64,000 nucleotides of DNA from the human T2T-CHM13v2.0 reference genome, Homo sapiens, in NCBI RefSeq assembly GCF_009914755.1, contig NC_060941.1. One strand, written 5' to 3'. This document shows, piece after piece, positions 41,219 to 64,000 of the stretch; within the stretch, counting starts at the first letter, position 1; each line of letters begins with the position of its first letter. Below the pieces are notes generated by a model. It had not been told where the DNA came from, did no database searches, and was given only the letters and a program-made list of their open reading frames with translations. Made by a program: the position numbers and the translations under genes.

Positions 41219-41520
41219 GGCCAGGCACGGTGGCTCACGCCTTTAATCCCAGCACTTTGGAAGGCCGAGGCAGTTGCATCACAAGGTCAGGGGTTTGAGA
41301 CCAGCCTGGATAACATGGTGAAACCCCGTCTCTACTAAAAATACAAAAATTAGCTGGGCTTGGTGGCGTGCACCTGTAGTCCCAGCTACTCAGGAGGCTG
41401 AGGCAGGAGAATCATTTGAACCCGGGAGGCAGTGAGCTGAGATTGCGCCATTGCACTCCAGCCTGGGCAACAGAGCAAGACTCCATCTCAAAAAAAAAAA
41501 AGAAAGAAAGAGAAAAGAAA
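41219..41520 (+). mobile_element. Alu
   Basis: Dimer consensus with small internal deletion. Confidence 0.9.
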
Positions 41521-42149
41521 ATGATGTTTGAGAGAAAATTAGCTAAAAATGAAGGCAAATATATCTGCTTCATATACATTGAACACAGTTGCCAAAACAC
41601 TACATGTGGTAATATATTAACTCAAAAAACATGAGTTTTTGGTAGGTAAGTGGTAAATGAGCTCCCCCACCCCCAACTCCTTAGTGAAGATTTGGCTAAA
41701 AATCAATTTATATAACTCAAAGATTGCTGGCTCTCCTAGGGAACATAACTTACCTATGGTAGGAAATATTACATTTCTAGACAAAAAGGCAAACGAGAGT
41801 AATACCTCTGAACAGTTAGAAGCAGCCGTCTGGGAGAAGTCTCCTAATACAGGAAGCAGTAGTTAACCAGTGCAGTCAGACACTGGGTAGGGAAAAAAGC
41901 CCCTCTGCTTGGATGAGCACAGCCTCACTCAGCAACCCAGGCTCTGAGTGCGAAACAAGCAACCCTGCAGCAAAGCATCTCAAGGCTCTGTGTGGAGGCT
42001 TTGGAGCCACCAGAACTGGGCTCAGATGGGGGATTTCTCTAGCACTGTGATTCCAATCATTAAAATAACTTACTATACAATAAATTAAAAGTAAAAATAT
42101 AAAGTAAAAGAGATAACTCCATCAATAAAAAATATACCAAATTCGGCAA

Positions 42150-45645
<3,496 letters not shown>

Positions 45646-46079
45646 AGAGAGGAAGCGGGAGAGGAAAGGAATGGGGAGGGGGAGGGAGGACGGAGGAGGG
45701 AGGGGGAGGGGGAAGTGGGCCAGAAGGGAAAAGGAGGGTGGGGAGGGAGGAGGAGGAGAAACCCCACAGAAAGAGACAGCACACGCAGTGGTCCTCAACT
45801 GTGGCCGTGCACTCAACTGAACGCAGATTCCTGGGGCCTCCTTGGAGTCACCAAGTCCTTCACCGCACACAGGGACGAAGCTTCAGTGCTCCAACCCCAA
45901 GCATGGACGACCGGCAGAATGAGCTGTGTAGCCCGTAGGGTCCCAAGGAGACAGCCCAGCAGTGAAACGCTCAGATGGGGCGGGCCCCAGGCACCCGGCC
46001 TGCCTCCAGGGCAGGTCCTAGGGGCCCCTCCAGGGCCCTAGCCAACAGGAACCAACAGGGCCAGGGGCTCCAGTGCTGA

Positions 46080-47250
<1,171 letters not shown>

Positions 47251-47304
47251 ATCCAAAAGCCACTTCACTCAGCAGCTCTGGAGCCCCCCACCTTCCTCCA
47301 CGTT

Positions 47305-47521
47305 CCTCCCGTCCAGTGCTGGGGGGAAGGATGCTCAGAGCTCAGGGGCATGGAAGACCCTCCCATCCAGTGCTGGGGCGAAGGGTGCTCAGAGGTCAAG
47401 GGCATGGAAGACCCTCCCGTCCAGTGCTGGGGGGAAGGAGGCTCAGAGCTCAGGGGTATCAAAGACCCTCCTGTCCAGTGCTGGGGGGAAGGGTGCTCAG
47501 AGGTCAAGGGCATGGAAGACT
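47305..47521. repeat. About 54-bp tandem repeat (4 copies)
   Basis: ccctcccgtccagtgctggggggaagg...ggggcatggaaga units. Confidence 0.88.
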
Positions 47522-48249
47522 CTTGTCTGTGGGCCCCCCCACACCCCCGATGATGCCCAGATCTGATGACGCTGGCCTCTGTGTCTCTCCAAAGTCAAAC
47601 CAACACGACGCAATTTGAACCCGTGAGTGTACCACAGTGTTCTCTCCTCAAACATACGTGGCCTCCTGAGCTGGAAGAAACAGACTTTATTTCCAGATGA
47701 ATTTTATTAATCTAAGAGAAAATTTCATACTCTTCATACTTATCTATTTACTCTTTCCTATTAAGATAATAACTTCTGGCCTTATGTATTAGGGTCACTA
47801 AAGTTTAATATGTATATTTATGCCTCTGTAAACTTGTTTTTGCTTTTATTTTTAGTCAAACAAAATGCGAGTCCTATCACGAGTCACAAATATAAATAAC
47901 ACACCAGTTGATTCAAATTCAGGAGCAAACTTTGCTGAGTCACATTAGGGGGAGGGTAATTAATTAATTATTAGCTGCAAGAAGTTGAGATACGTAACCC
48001 ACATAAAGTAAAAACAGCCTGAGGCTCATTCCTAGCTGAGAAAACCCCAAGATCTGTTACAATGGCCTCGTTGTTCTCCACTGACAGCTTTCTGGGGCTC
48101 TCTCTCCAGGACATGGCCGCCAGCTTCTGTGAGAGGTGCTGGCATCCTCGGAGAGACTGAGAAGTCAAGCACAGGGTTCCCGGAAAACCAGCCCTCCTGA
48201 CTGGCTGCCGATCATGCAGGGCAGGTGCCTTCAAGACTTTACGCCCCCA

Positions 48250-50441
<2,192 letters not shown>

Positions 50442-50634
50442 GAAGTAGAAAACCATCATCTCCTCCTTAAGGACTGCACTATAAAGAAGCAGGATAAAAT
50501 ATGATTTGACTTTCAGTTCAAACTTGAAAGTGATGACTTTATAAATCGTGTTTTATATCTCGAGGTGGTTGCCAAGGGAAACCAGAAGAGTAGCTGTATT
50601 AAGCAGCAAATCCACCTCTGTCTGAAGAATCAGA

Positions 50635-51345
50635 GGGAGCATGGAGTGTGCATGTGTGTCCAGGGGAAGATCTGCAGAATTGGAGGGAGCACGGAGTGTG
50701 CACACGTGTTCTCGGGGAGCAGAGAGTGTGTTTGTGTGTCCAGGGGAAGATCTGCAGAATTGGAGGGAGACGGAGTGTGCATGTGTGTTCCTGGGAGCAG
50801 AGAGTGTGTACGTGTGTCCAGGGGGAGATCTGCAGAATTGGAAGGAGCATGGAGTGTGCACATGTGTTCTCAGGGAGCAGAGAGTGTGCACGTGTGTCCA
50901 GGAGAAGATCTGCAGAATTGGAGGGAGCATGGAGTGTGCACGTGTGTTGCCGGGGAGCAGAGAGTGTGCACGTGTGTCCAGGAGAAGATCTGCAGAATTG
51001 GAGGGAGCATGGAGTGTGCACGTGTGTTGCCGGGGAGCAGAGAGTGTGCACGTGTGTCCAGGGGAAGATCTGCAGAATTGGAGGGAGCATGGAGTGTGCA
51101 CATGTGTTCCCGGGGAGCAGAGAGTGTGCACGTGTGTGCAGGGGAAGATCTGCAGAATTGGAGGGAGATGGAGTGTGCATGTGTGTTCCTGGGGAACAGA
51201 GAGTGTGCACGTGTGTCCAGGGGAAGATCTGCAGAATTGGAGGGAGATGGAGTGTGCATGTGTGTTCCTGGGGAACAGAGAGTGTGCACGTGTGTCCAGG
51301 GGAAGATCTGCAGAATTGGAGAGAGACGGAGTGTGCACGTGTGCC
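50635..51345. repeat. 79-80-bp VNTR (about 9 copies) with an internal 30-bp subrepeat
   Basis: agatctgcagaattgg recurs 9 times at about 80-bp spacing. Confidence 0.92.
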
Positions 51346-51863
51346 CCGGGGGAGCATGGAGTGGGCACGCATGTCCCAGGGGAACATCTGTCCAAGGCAA
51401 AGAGGAAGGAGCAAACCCCAGCAACTGTGTCACTTTCCATAACGGAGGCTCTGATGCTCGTCTCCGGGAAGAAAAGCTCCCTCAGTGGAGCCTTCTCCCA
51501 ACATTAAACATTGGAAACAGAGGGGAGGGCCAGGCCCTGCACCTGCACCCCGGTGTGTCCACGCACCGTGTAGTCTTGAGGGAGTGGCTCAGCCTCTCTG
51601 GGCCTCACAATATAACCTCTCTCAAGATGATTCCCCCTCTCAGTAAGTGAGGGTTATTATTATTAGCTCTTAGCAAAAATGAAACAAAGAAAGAACAATG
51701 GGACTTTTATGCTGGGAAAAGGACACTGAAGAAACAGCCAGGAGAAAGGATTGGAGAAGACAATGAGGCCCTCATGCTGGGGAAAAGGGTGGGAGGCAAG
51801 AGGTGGTGGCATCTGGTGTAGTTAATCCACCCCCCTCCCTGTCACCAATAAACATGTGCAAAA

Positions 51864-52296
<433 letters not shown>

Positions 52297-52454
52297 CTAC
52301 CCCTGCCTGGAGAGAAATGGAACTTCCGAGGGGAAAGAGCGTGAACCGGGGACCCAGCTGCCAGACGGAAATGGGGTCCAGGCCACCAGGAACCAGGGGT
52401 ACCAGCGTGTGTGAGGTGTGTTGCAGAACAGAAGACACTTCCCTGGGTAACCAG

Positions 52455-52725
52455 CAGAGCAGTGGGGCCCGCACGGTCCGTGGGCTGAGGTGACAGGCAG
52501 AGCAGTGGGGCCCGCACGGTCCGTGGGCTGAGGTGACAGGCAGAGCAGTGGGGCCCGCACGGTCCGTGGGCTGAGGTGACAGGCAGAGCAGTGGGGCCCG
52601 CACGGTCCGTGGGCTGAGGTGACAGGCAGAGCAGTGGGGCCCGCACGGTCCGTGGGCTGAGGTGACAGGCAGAGCAGTGGGGCCCGCACGGTCCGTGGGC
52701 TGAGGTGACAGGCAGAGCAGTGGGG
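52455..52725. repeat. 43-bp perfect VNTR (6.3 copies)
   Basis: cagagcagtggggcccgcacggtccgtgggctgaggtgacagg. Confidence 0.95.
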
Positions 52726-53059
52726 TCCACATAGTCTGTGGAGTCAAGTTGCCGACAGGGTCCAAGATCCAAGAACTCTGCCCTGCAACTACAGACCGAG
52801 AGGAAGACAAACGCCCAGGAGGGAGAATCCAGGCCTCGCTGACCGTATGGGAGCAAAGGGAACACCTGGGCACAGCTGCCTGAGCAAGGACAAGATGCAT
52901 CTGACTGCCCTGGCCAGCACAGGGCATGCCCATCCACAGAAGACAGAGTCTGACCCGGGGCACACACACAAGAGACAGGCGGGCCAACGGTGCAGACCCA
53001 GACCCACAGGCGGGCTCTCAGCTGGGACAACGGTGGCCGTGCGATGCGGGGTGGGGGTG

Positions 53060-56628
<3,569 letters not shown>

Positions 56629-57014
56629 GGTGGGAGGTGTATTTTTAGCCTAAATCCTCCCTCCGTGTCAAGGGAAAGCCTTTATTACAAAGCATTGGAC
56701 CATTGTTTTGGTTCGTCCTCAGTTCGGCATGTAGCAACCAAAAGTCACGCAGCAGAAGCATCCCCGAGCCTCCATTCAAACCAACCAGAAGGAAGTTTCA
56801 CAAACATTCTGTGCGTGACCCTTCTCACACACGCCCCACGGCACTCACCTTCAATCAAACTCAACACTGTCAACCGTCTGCTCCCCCAAAACACGCACAG
56901 CTCTTAAAGCGCCATATTCGTCTGGGCGTACACGTTGTTGGGTGCTTTATTCCTGTAGCTCTGGTAGGGTTCATCCCTCACTGAGCCCAGACCCCGAGGG
57001 CACAGTGCAGACAA

Positions 57015-57240
57015 AGCCCTGTCCTCCAGGCGCTCAATCTCCAGCCCTGTCCTCCAGGCGCTCAATCTCCAGCCCTGTCCTCCAGGCGCTCAATCTCCAG
57101 CCCTGTCCTCCAGGCGCTCAATCTCCAGCCCTGTCCTCCAGGCGCTCAATCTCCAGCCCTGTCCTCCAGGCGCTCAATCTCCAGCCCTGTCCTCCAGGCG
57201 CTCAATCTCCAGCCCTGTCCTCCAGGCGCTCAATCTCCAG
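57015..57240. repeat. 28-bp perfect VNTR (8 copies)
   Basis: agccctgtcctccaggcgctcaatctcc x8. Confidence 0.95.
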
Positions 57241-57899
57241 GGCAGCGCTGGCCCTCGGACTTTGCCACAGCGACATCCGAACTATCTAGAAATGTGACGA
57301 ATGGAAGCTTTTTGTTTTCTTTCCTTCTAATTACACTTCCACAGCCACACGTGGCTCATGGCATCCTACTGGACACCACGGTCCTAGAGACCTGCCACCG
57401 AGCGGGGAGGGGGGTAGGACATGCGGGGGCAGCGGCGCCTGGGGACAGGTAGAGACGCAGGCTCCCCTCCTGCCCCACGGAGCACACTCTGCACCCACCG
57501 GCTGCCAGAGACTCCCCCGCATGCTGCAGTTTCAGGAGGCCTCTGGGTGCTGGTCGTGAGCCCAAGCCCATCTCAGCTGCTCCCCCAAACTCTGCCCATT
57601 CCTCACCCCGTCCCCTAAGCTGAGGTGTGGCCGGGCACCTGAGTCCCACCCCACGCTCCACAGTCTCAGGCCACCCCCTCCAGCCGTGCCACACTCCCTT
57701 GGTGCTCACGCCGCCTGCCTGGAGCTGCCCTTAGGGGACAGCCTGCACCCTCTACCGAGCAGCCTCAGATCCCGCTTCCTCCCACCCTCTCCCGCTAAGT
57801 TCGTCTCTGGCAGGACCCTGGACCTGGGGCTTCCCAGACCCTTCCCAGGCCCCAGAGCTGACAGGTCCTTCCCACCAAGACTCCATCTCCACGCCCGGC

Positions 57900-59745
57900 T
57901 GCCCTCCTCCGCCCAGGACTCAGAGCGGGTCTCTGTTGGAAGCGTGGGTTCAGCCCCGAGGCGCGGCAGGAAGGTGGGCACAGGCTGGGCTCCTTCCACA
58001 GCCTCAGGGTCGGCCTCGTCCAAGCTGTTCCAGGGATGCGCGTGGGTGAAGGCCCCGCCTGCTCCTCACTCCCAGCCGAGGTGTTCGCCTCTGCGCGTTC
58101 CCCCTTCTCCTGGGTTCCTGCCCCCGCCTTTCTTTCCCCGGAGCCGTCCACCCCCTCGCCGGGCGCCGGCTTTCAAGCCTCAAACTTGGGGGATCCCCGG
58201 GCTGCCTGCCTGGGAGCTCTGGGCGCTCCGGCCTCCCCTCGCCCTGGAACCCGCTCTCCGGCCGCTGTCGTGGGGGGTCCCCTCTTCCGCACGCGAGTCA
58301 CCTGTGCTCCTTCCTCTCCCCCGGACACGCGGGACCCCTGGCCTCGGGACCGGACCCTGGTCTCCCCTCCCCTCCGACCCACGCGCAGACCCAGCACCTG
58401 GGCGCCTGCTCGCCGCGCTCCGCCCCAGGAGCCCCGGAGCTCGCGTCCCCTCCCGCCCCTCCTGCCCCGCGGCCGAACGCGCACTTGCGGACTCGAGCCC
58501 CCGCCCCGGGTCCCCACAGCAGCGGCCCCAGGTCGGGAGGAGCCCAGCGCCCGGCCCAGCCGCGGGCTCCCGCTGCGCGCAGACTGCGGAGAAGGATGGA
58601 GACTGCGCCGCGGGGCCTCGAGTGGAACTGGGGGTGCAACAGGGACGCCGCAGCACGAGGGCCAGGGCCGGGCGGAGAAAGGCCCGCCCGCGAACCGCGC
58701 TCCTCCTCAGCCCCGCGCCCCCGGACCGGGACTCCTACCCTCCCCGGCCACGCGCCCCGGCCTCTTCCCGACCCCTGCCCGGTCTCGCGTCCCCGGACCC
58801 GGACCCCCACCCGCACCCCCTCCCCAGCCCCGCGCCCCTCCCCGGCCCCGCGCCCGCACCCCGGCACGCCCTCCGCCCGCGCTCACCCGCCGGGTGGCCG
58901 TACGGGGACTCGGCCGCGCCATCCTGCAGGCTCGCCAGGATCTCGCCCTTGCCCACGTCGCTGTCGCCCACCAGCAGGAACTTGAGCAGAAAGTCGTAGG
59001 CCCGGACCGGGCTGCCCAGGGCGCTCATCGTGACGGCCCGGCGCCCCCACCCATGCCCGGCCTGCGGGGCTGAGCGCAGAGGCGGCGGCCCGGCCCCGAG
59101 AGGCGCCGCGCGGGCCCCGAGTCCTTGCTCGCCTCCGGCCCCGCCCCGCCGCCCAGCGCTGACAGCGCGCAGCCCCGCCCGGCCCCGCCATTGGTGGACC
59201 GCAGTTGCTAGGGCAGCTGCGCGCTTTCACTGGCTTGGTTGTCCGTCCATCTTACTCTCGTCACCGCCTCCGGGCTGTCGCCCACCCGCCCCTCCTGAAA
59301 GGTCGCTGTCACCACAGCCAATGGAGGCCCGGAGACGGGGCAGGGGCGGAGCCAGAACAAGCAGGAGGCGGGGACTCTGCTCCCGCAGCCAATGGCGGGG
59401 CGGGGTGGGGGCGAACAGGGGGTGGGGCCGGGTGTTTACACTCTCGCGTGCGCCCGTGAGCGCCACGAACTCGCTCCCACGGTCGTCGGGTCTGCACGCC
59501 CCGAGTCGGGAGGGGCGAGGGGCGGTGCAGGGTCCCAGCGTGGGGCCTCCCCACCTGCCCACCAGGGAGACCTCGGGTGCCTGGCCGGGTGGGGCTCGGG
59601 GTCGGTCCAGTTGGCGGACGCGGCCGGAAGGCCCCCGCAGGCCGCCTCGCCGGAGGAGTCCCTGTCGCCGTAGAATCCAGGCTCGCGGTCTCTCCCCACG
59701 GTTCATCCAGGGCCTCGTCGTTGCCCCATTTACGCGGCGTGCCTG
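57900..59745. promoter_or_regulatory. RAB40B CpG island and promoter
   Basis: Very high GC and CpG density across exon 1; GC boxes; CCAAT boxes at 59190-59194 (reverse), 59318-59322, 59389-59393; no TATA seen. Confidence 0.9.
58887..59028 (-). CDS. RAB40B: RAB40B coding exon 1 (142 nt)
   Basis: [47 protein letters not shown](G): Rab N-terminus with P-loop; ATG at 59028; donor G|GTGAGC at 58886. Confidence 0.97.
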
Positions 59746-60150
59746 AATGCCTGTGTGTGCACATGCGCCTGTGTACGTGTGCATGTGTTCGTGTGTGTGC
59801 ATGTCTGCGTGTGCATGTGTGCCTCTGCAGATATCTGCACATGTATGTGTCTGCGTGTGCATGTGTCCCTCTGCAGGTGTCTGCACATCTATGTGTCTGC
59901 GTGTGCATGTGTCCCTCTGCAGGTGTCTGCACATGTATGTGCGTGTGCATGTGTCCCTCTGCAGATGTCTGCACATCTATGTGTCTGCGTGTGCATGTGT
60001 GCCTCTGCAGGTGTCTGCACATGTATGTGCGTGTGCATGTGTGCCTTTGCAGGCATCTTTGCATGTGTGTGTCTGCGTGTGCTGCTTCTATGCATGCGCT
60101 CCTATGTGTGCGTGCGCTTGTTTGTGCATCCATGCATGTGTTTGCGTGCG
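59745..60150. repeat. TG-rich minisatellite (about 38-42 bp) upstream of the RAB40B promoter
   Basis: gtgtctgcgtgtgcatgtgtccctctgcaggtgtctgcacat units. Confidence 0.88.
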
Positions 60151-60588
60151 TGCTGGAGGAGAGCATTGGGTGGGACCCTCCAGCCTTTTGGCTTCTCCTC
60201 TGCTCTAGAGAGCAAGGGTTGCCAGGCCGAGGTCTGCCCTTCGCTCTGAGGGTCTCACCAGGTGCACATTGGTTTATTTGGTGCAGAATTCAGGCAGCAG
60301 GCAAAGGGCGAGCTCCGTCCAAGAAGAAGGATAATGCCCCCACTACTTCATCCCCTCCACCCTGCGTTGTGTAGGGAACTGCTCTAGACCCCATTAGAAG
60401 TTTTTTGTGGGGGAGGAACAGAAGAGGGAGCGGAAGAAGAATTACAAAAGAGACTGAAGTCAAGATTATTATATTTGTCATTTGCATTCATTTGGACCTA
60501 GAAAATGTTTACTTTGGAATGCCAATTTAGTTTGCAACACCTGTTATTCATTGGTTGATTAGTTGCTTTAGTTACTAATGCAGCCACA

Positions 60589-62368
<1,780 letters not shown>

Positions 62369-64000
62369 TCATCTTGTTTAGGCTTGTCTGCAGTCGTGAG
62401 AAAACAGGAGACAAAGGTTCACCACGTATGAAGTTTTGGTTGTCTGGGTTGAATGGAGTCCCTAAAAAGATTTATTGAAATCACACCCTCTGGAAGCTGT
62501 GACTGTGACCTTAGTTGGAAATACTTTGGTCTTTGCAGATGTAATCAGGTTAGGAGGAGGTCCGTAGGGTGGGCTCTAATCCAATAGGACCATGAAAGGG
62601 TCTCAGAGACCTGTGGGGGCCCATGGGCCCCACTGTGAAAACTGCTGCTCTGAGCCATGCCTGTGCTCCTGCCAACTCCTGCCTGTGACCATGTAGGTGT
62701 GGCCCACGAGGAGACTCCAGCAGTGAGATGTGAGGGCGTCTGCTGGGGGTTCGCAAACAGGAACGCGGACTCCAAGTCTCCTCTCAGCGTCTGGGCACTG
62801 TGGGCCCACCCACGAGCCTCCTGTCCTGTGATACAGAGCAGCTCCCTGGTGCCACCTCCAGATGGATTTTCTGTTGCTGGAAGTTAAACCAGCCTCAGTA
62901 ATTCACATAATATCTATTTCAGCATTTTCCCACGGAGGGGGCACAGGGAGGGGGCATTTTTCTTTTTTCTTCTTCCAAATTTAGCTTGAAGGCTAACATG
63001 TTTTTCATTTTTAAAATAGTTCCGTCTGTGATGTGCAAACAGTGGAAATGCAACTTGAACCAGCCTAAGCACGATGTCGATTTTATGGAAGGATGGTTGG
63101 GAGTGTCTCCTGTGAGCTGGGAAGGGCTGACCGGCTGTGCTGTGGGAAGGGCCAGGTGTGGCCGGCCTGGAAGTAGCTGAGCCAGGGACCCAGTGCCGGC
63201 GAGGCCGGCCCACCTGCCGCCTTTGTTCCTCCCACGGTGCCCGCTGGTCTTCCTGTCGCTGCAGAGGGGCTCCCTCCTCACAGGAGAAAACATGGCCCCC
63301 AGGTTTCACCCCTTGGAGAGAGAACGGCCTCACTCACTCTCAGGTCTGATCCCCAAATTCCCATATAAGGGAATTCCCCAGTGGGGATCAGTGCCCACCT
63401 CCGGGTGAATCAACTACATTGGGGGTCTCATCATGCTTGGGGCCCCGCATCTCTGCATCTTAGTGCGTCCTCTGAGCGCACGGAACTGAAACCCCAGCAG
63501 ATGACGCAGCTTCCAGCCGGGAGGGCCAGCGGGGGCAGAGGCAACAAGGTCACAGCTGGATGAGGCTGGTGGGCGAGGCAGAGGCCGTCGCCAGGCCCCT
63601 CTCTGCTCTCCCCTGCACTACGGGACCCCTGCACCGCTGCCCCTCACACAGTCCCCTCTTCCCTTCAGAAGCAGAGCCCCCCGCCAGTGGTTCCCACGCT
63701 GGAGCAGGGCACAGCGGCCACACCCAGAGGCTCCCATTCAGCACTGGGGGCCCAGGAATCTGCATTTGCAACGTGGTTACAGATGGTGGTGATGCTACAG
63801 CTCCAGGAACCCCACTTTGAGAACTAAGTGGGAGGGGATCTCTCCAAACATGGCTGCACCAGCGCCCACCCCTGACGGGAGACAGCACGTGCCTTCCGAG
63901 TGCTCATAGGGGAAGCCTGCGTCCGCCTTCCAGCCCTGTGGTCTCTGGTCTTCCCAGCGGGTGAGGGCCCCGGGCACTGGCTCTGCCCTTTGGGCACAGC

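Noticed and set aside
50553-51650. 260-360 aa ORFs in several frames, likewise at 20169-21223, 23686-24918 and 52181-53030
   Set aside because: Translations of tandem repeats that lack stop codons
57686-59746. Long ORFs (437, 345, 238 aa) over the RAB40B promoter
   Set aside because: Pro/Arg/Gly/Ala low-complexity translations, expected from stop-poor CpG-island DNA; no domain or exon structure

Overview
Primate, almost certainly human, euchromatic GC- and Alu-rich sequence. The gene pair matches distal chr17q25.3. Two genes lie in tandem on the minus strand. RAB40B is complete: six coding exons (59028->18212) join into an 837-nt ORF of 278 aa (Rab G-domain, SOCS box, C-terminal CKIS). About 6.5 kb downstream is the 5' end of WDR45B/WIPI3 (coding exons 1-2; the gene continues off the left edge). 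Each gene has a CpG-island promoter. MIR4525 sits in RAB40B intron 1 inside a MER52-type LTR. The rest is about 50 Alus, old L1 and MaLR/ERV1 LTR fragments, a MER1B, and a dozen or so minisatellites. No new protein-coding system is evident; the other long six-frame ORFs come from repeats and GC-rich DNA. The most interesting signals are regulatory: (i) a phase-compatible RAB40B exon5->WDR45B exon2 read-through fusion, (ii) uORFs in both 5' leaders, one with its stop overlapping the RAB40B AUG, (iii) an inverted Alu pair gated by alternative polyadenylation in the RAB40B 3' UTR, (iv) intronic VNTRs carrying arrays of sense-strand splice-site motifs in UG-rich context, (v) a miRNA hairpin apparently made by local inverted duplication in an LTR. 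Repeat family names come from recalled consensus motifs, and repeat boundaries are approximate.
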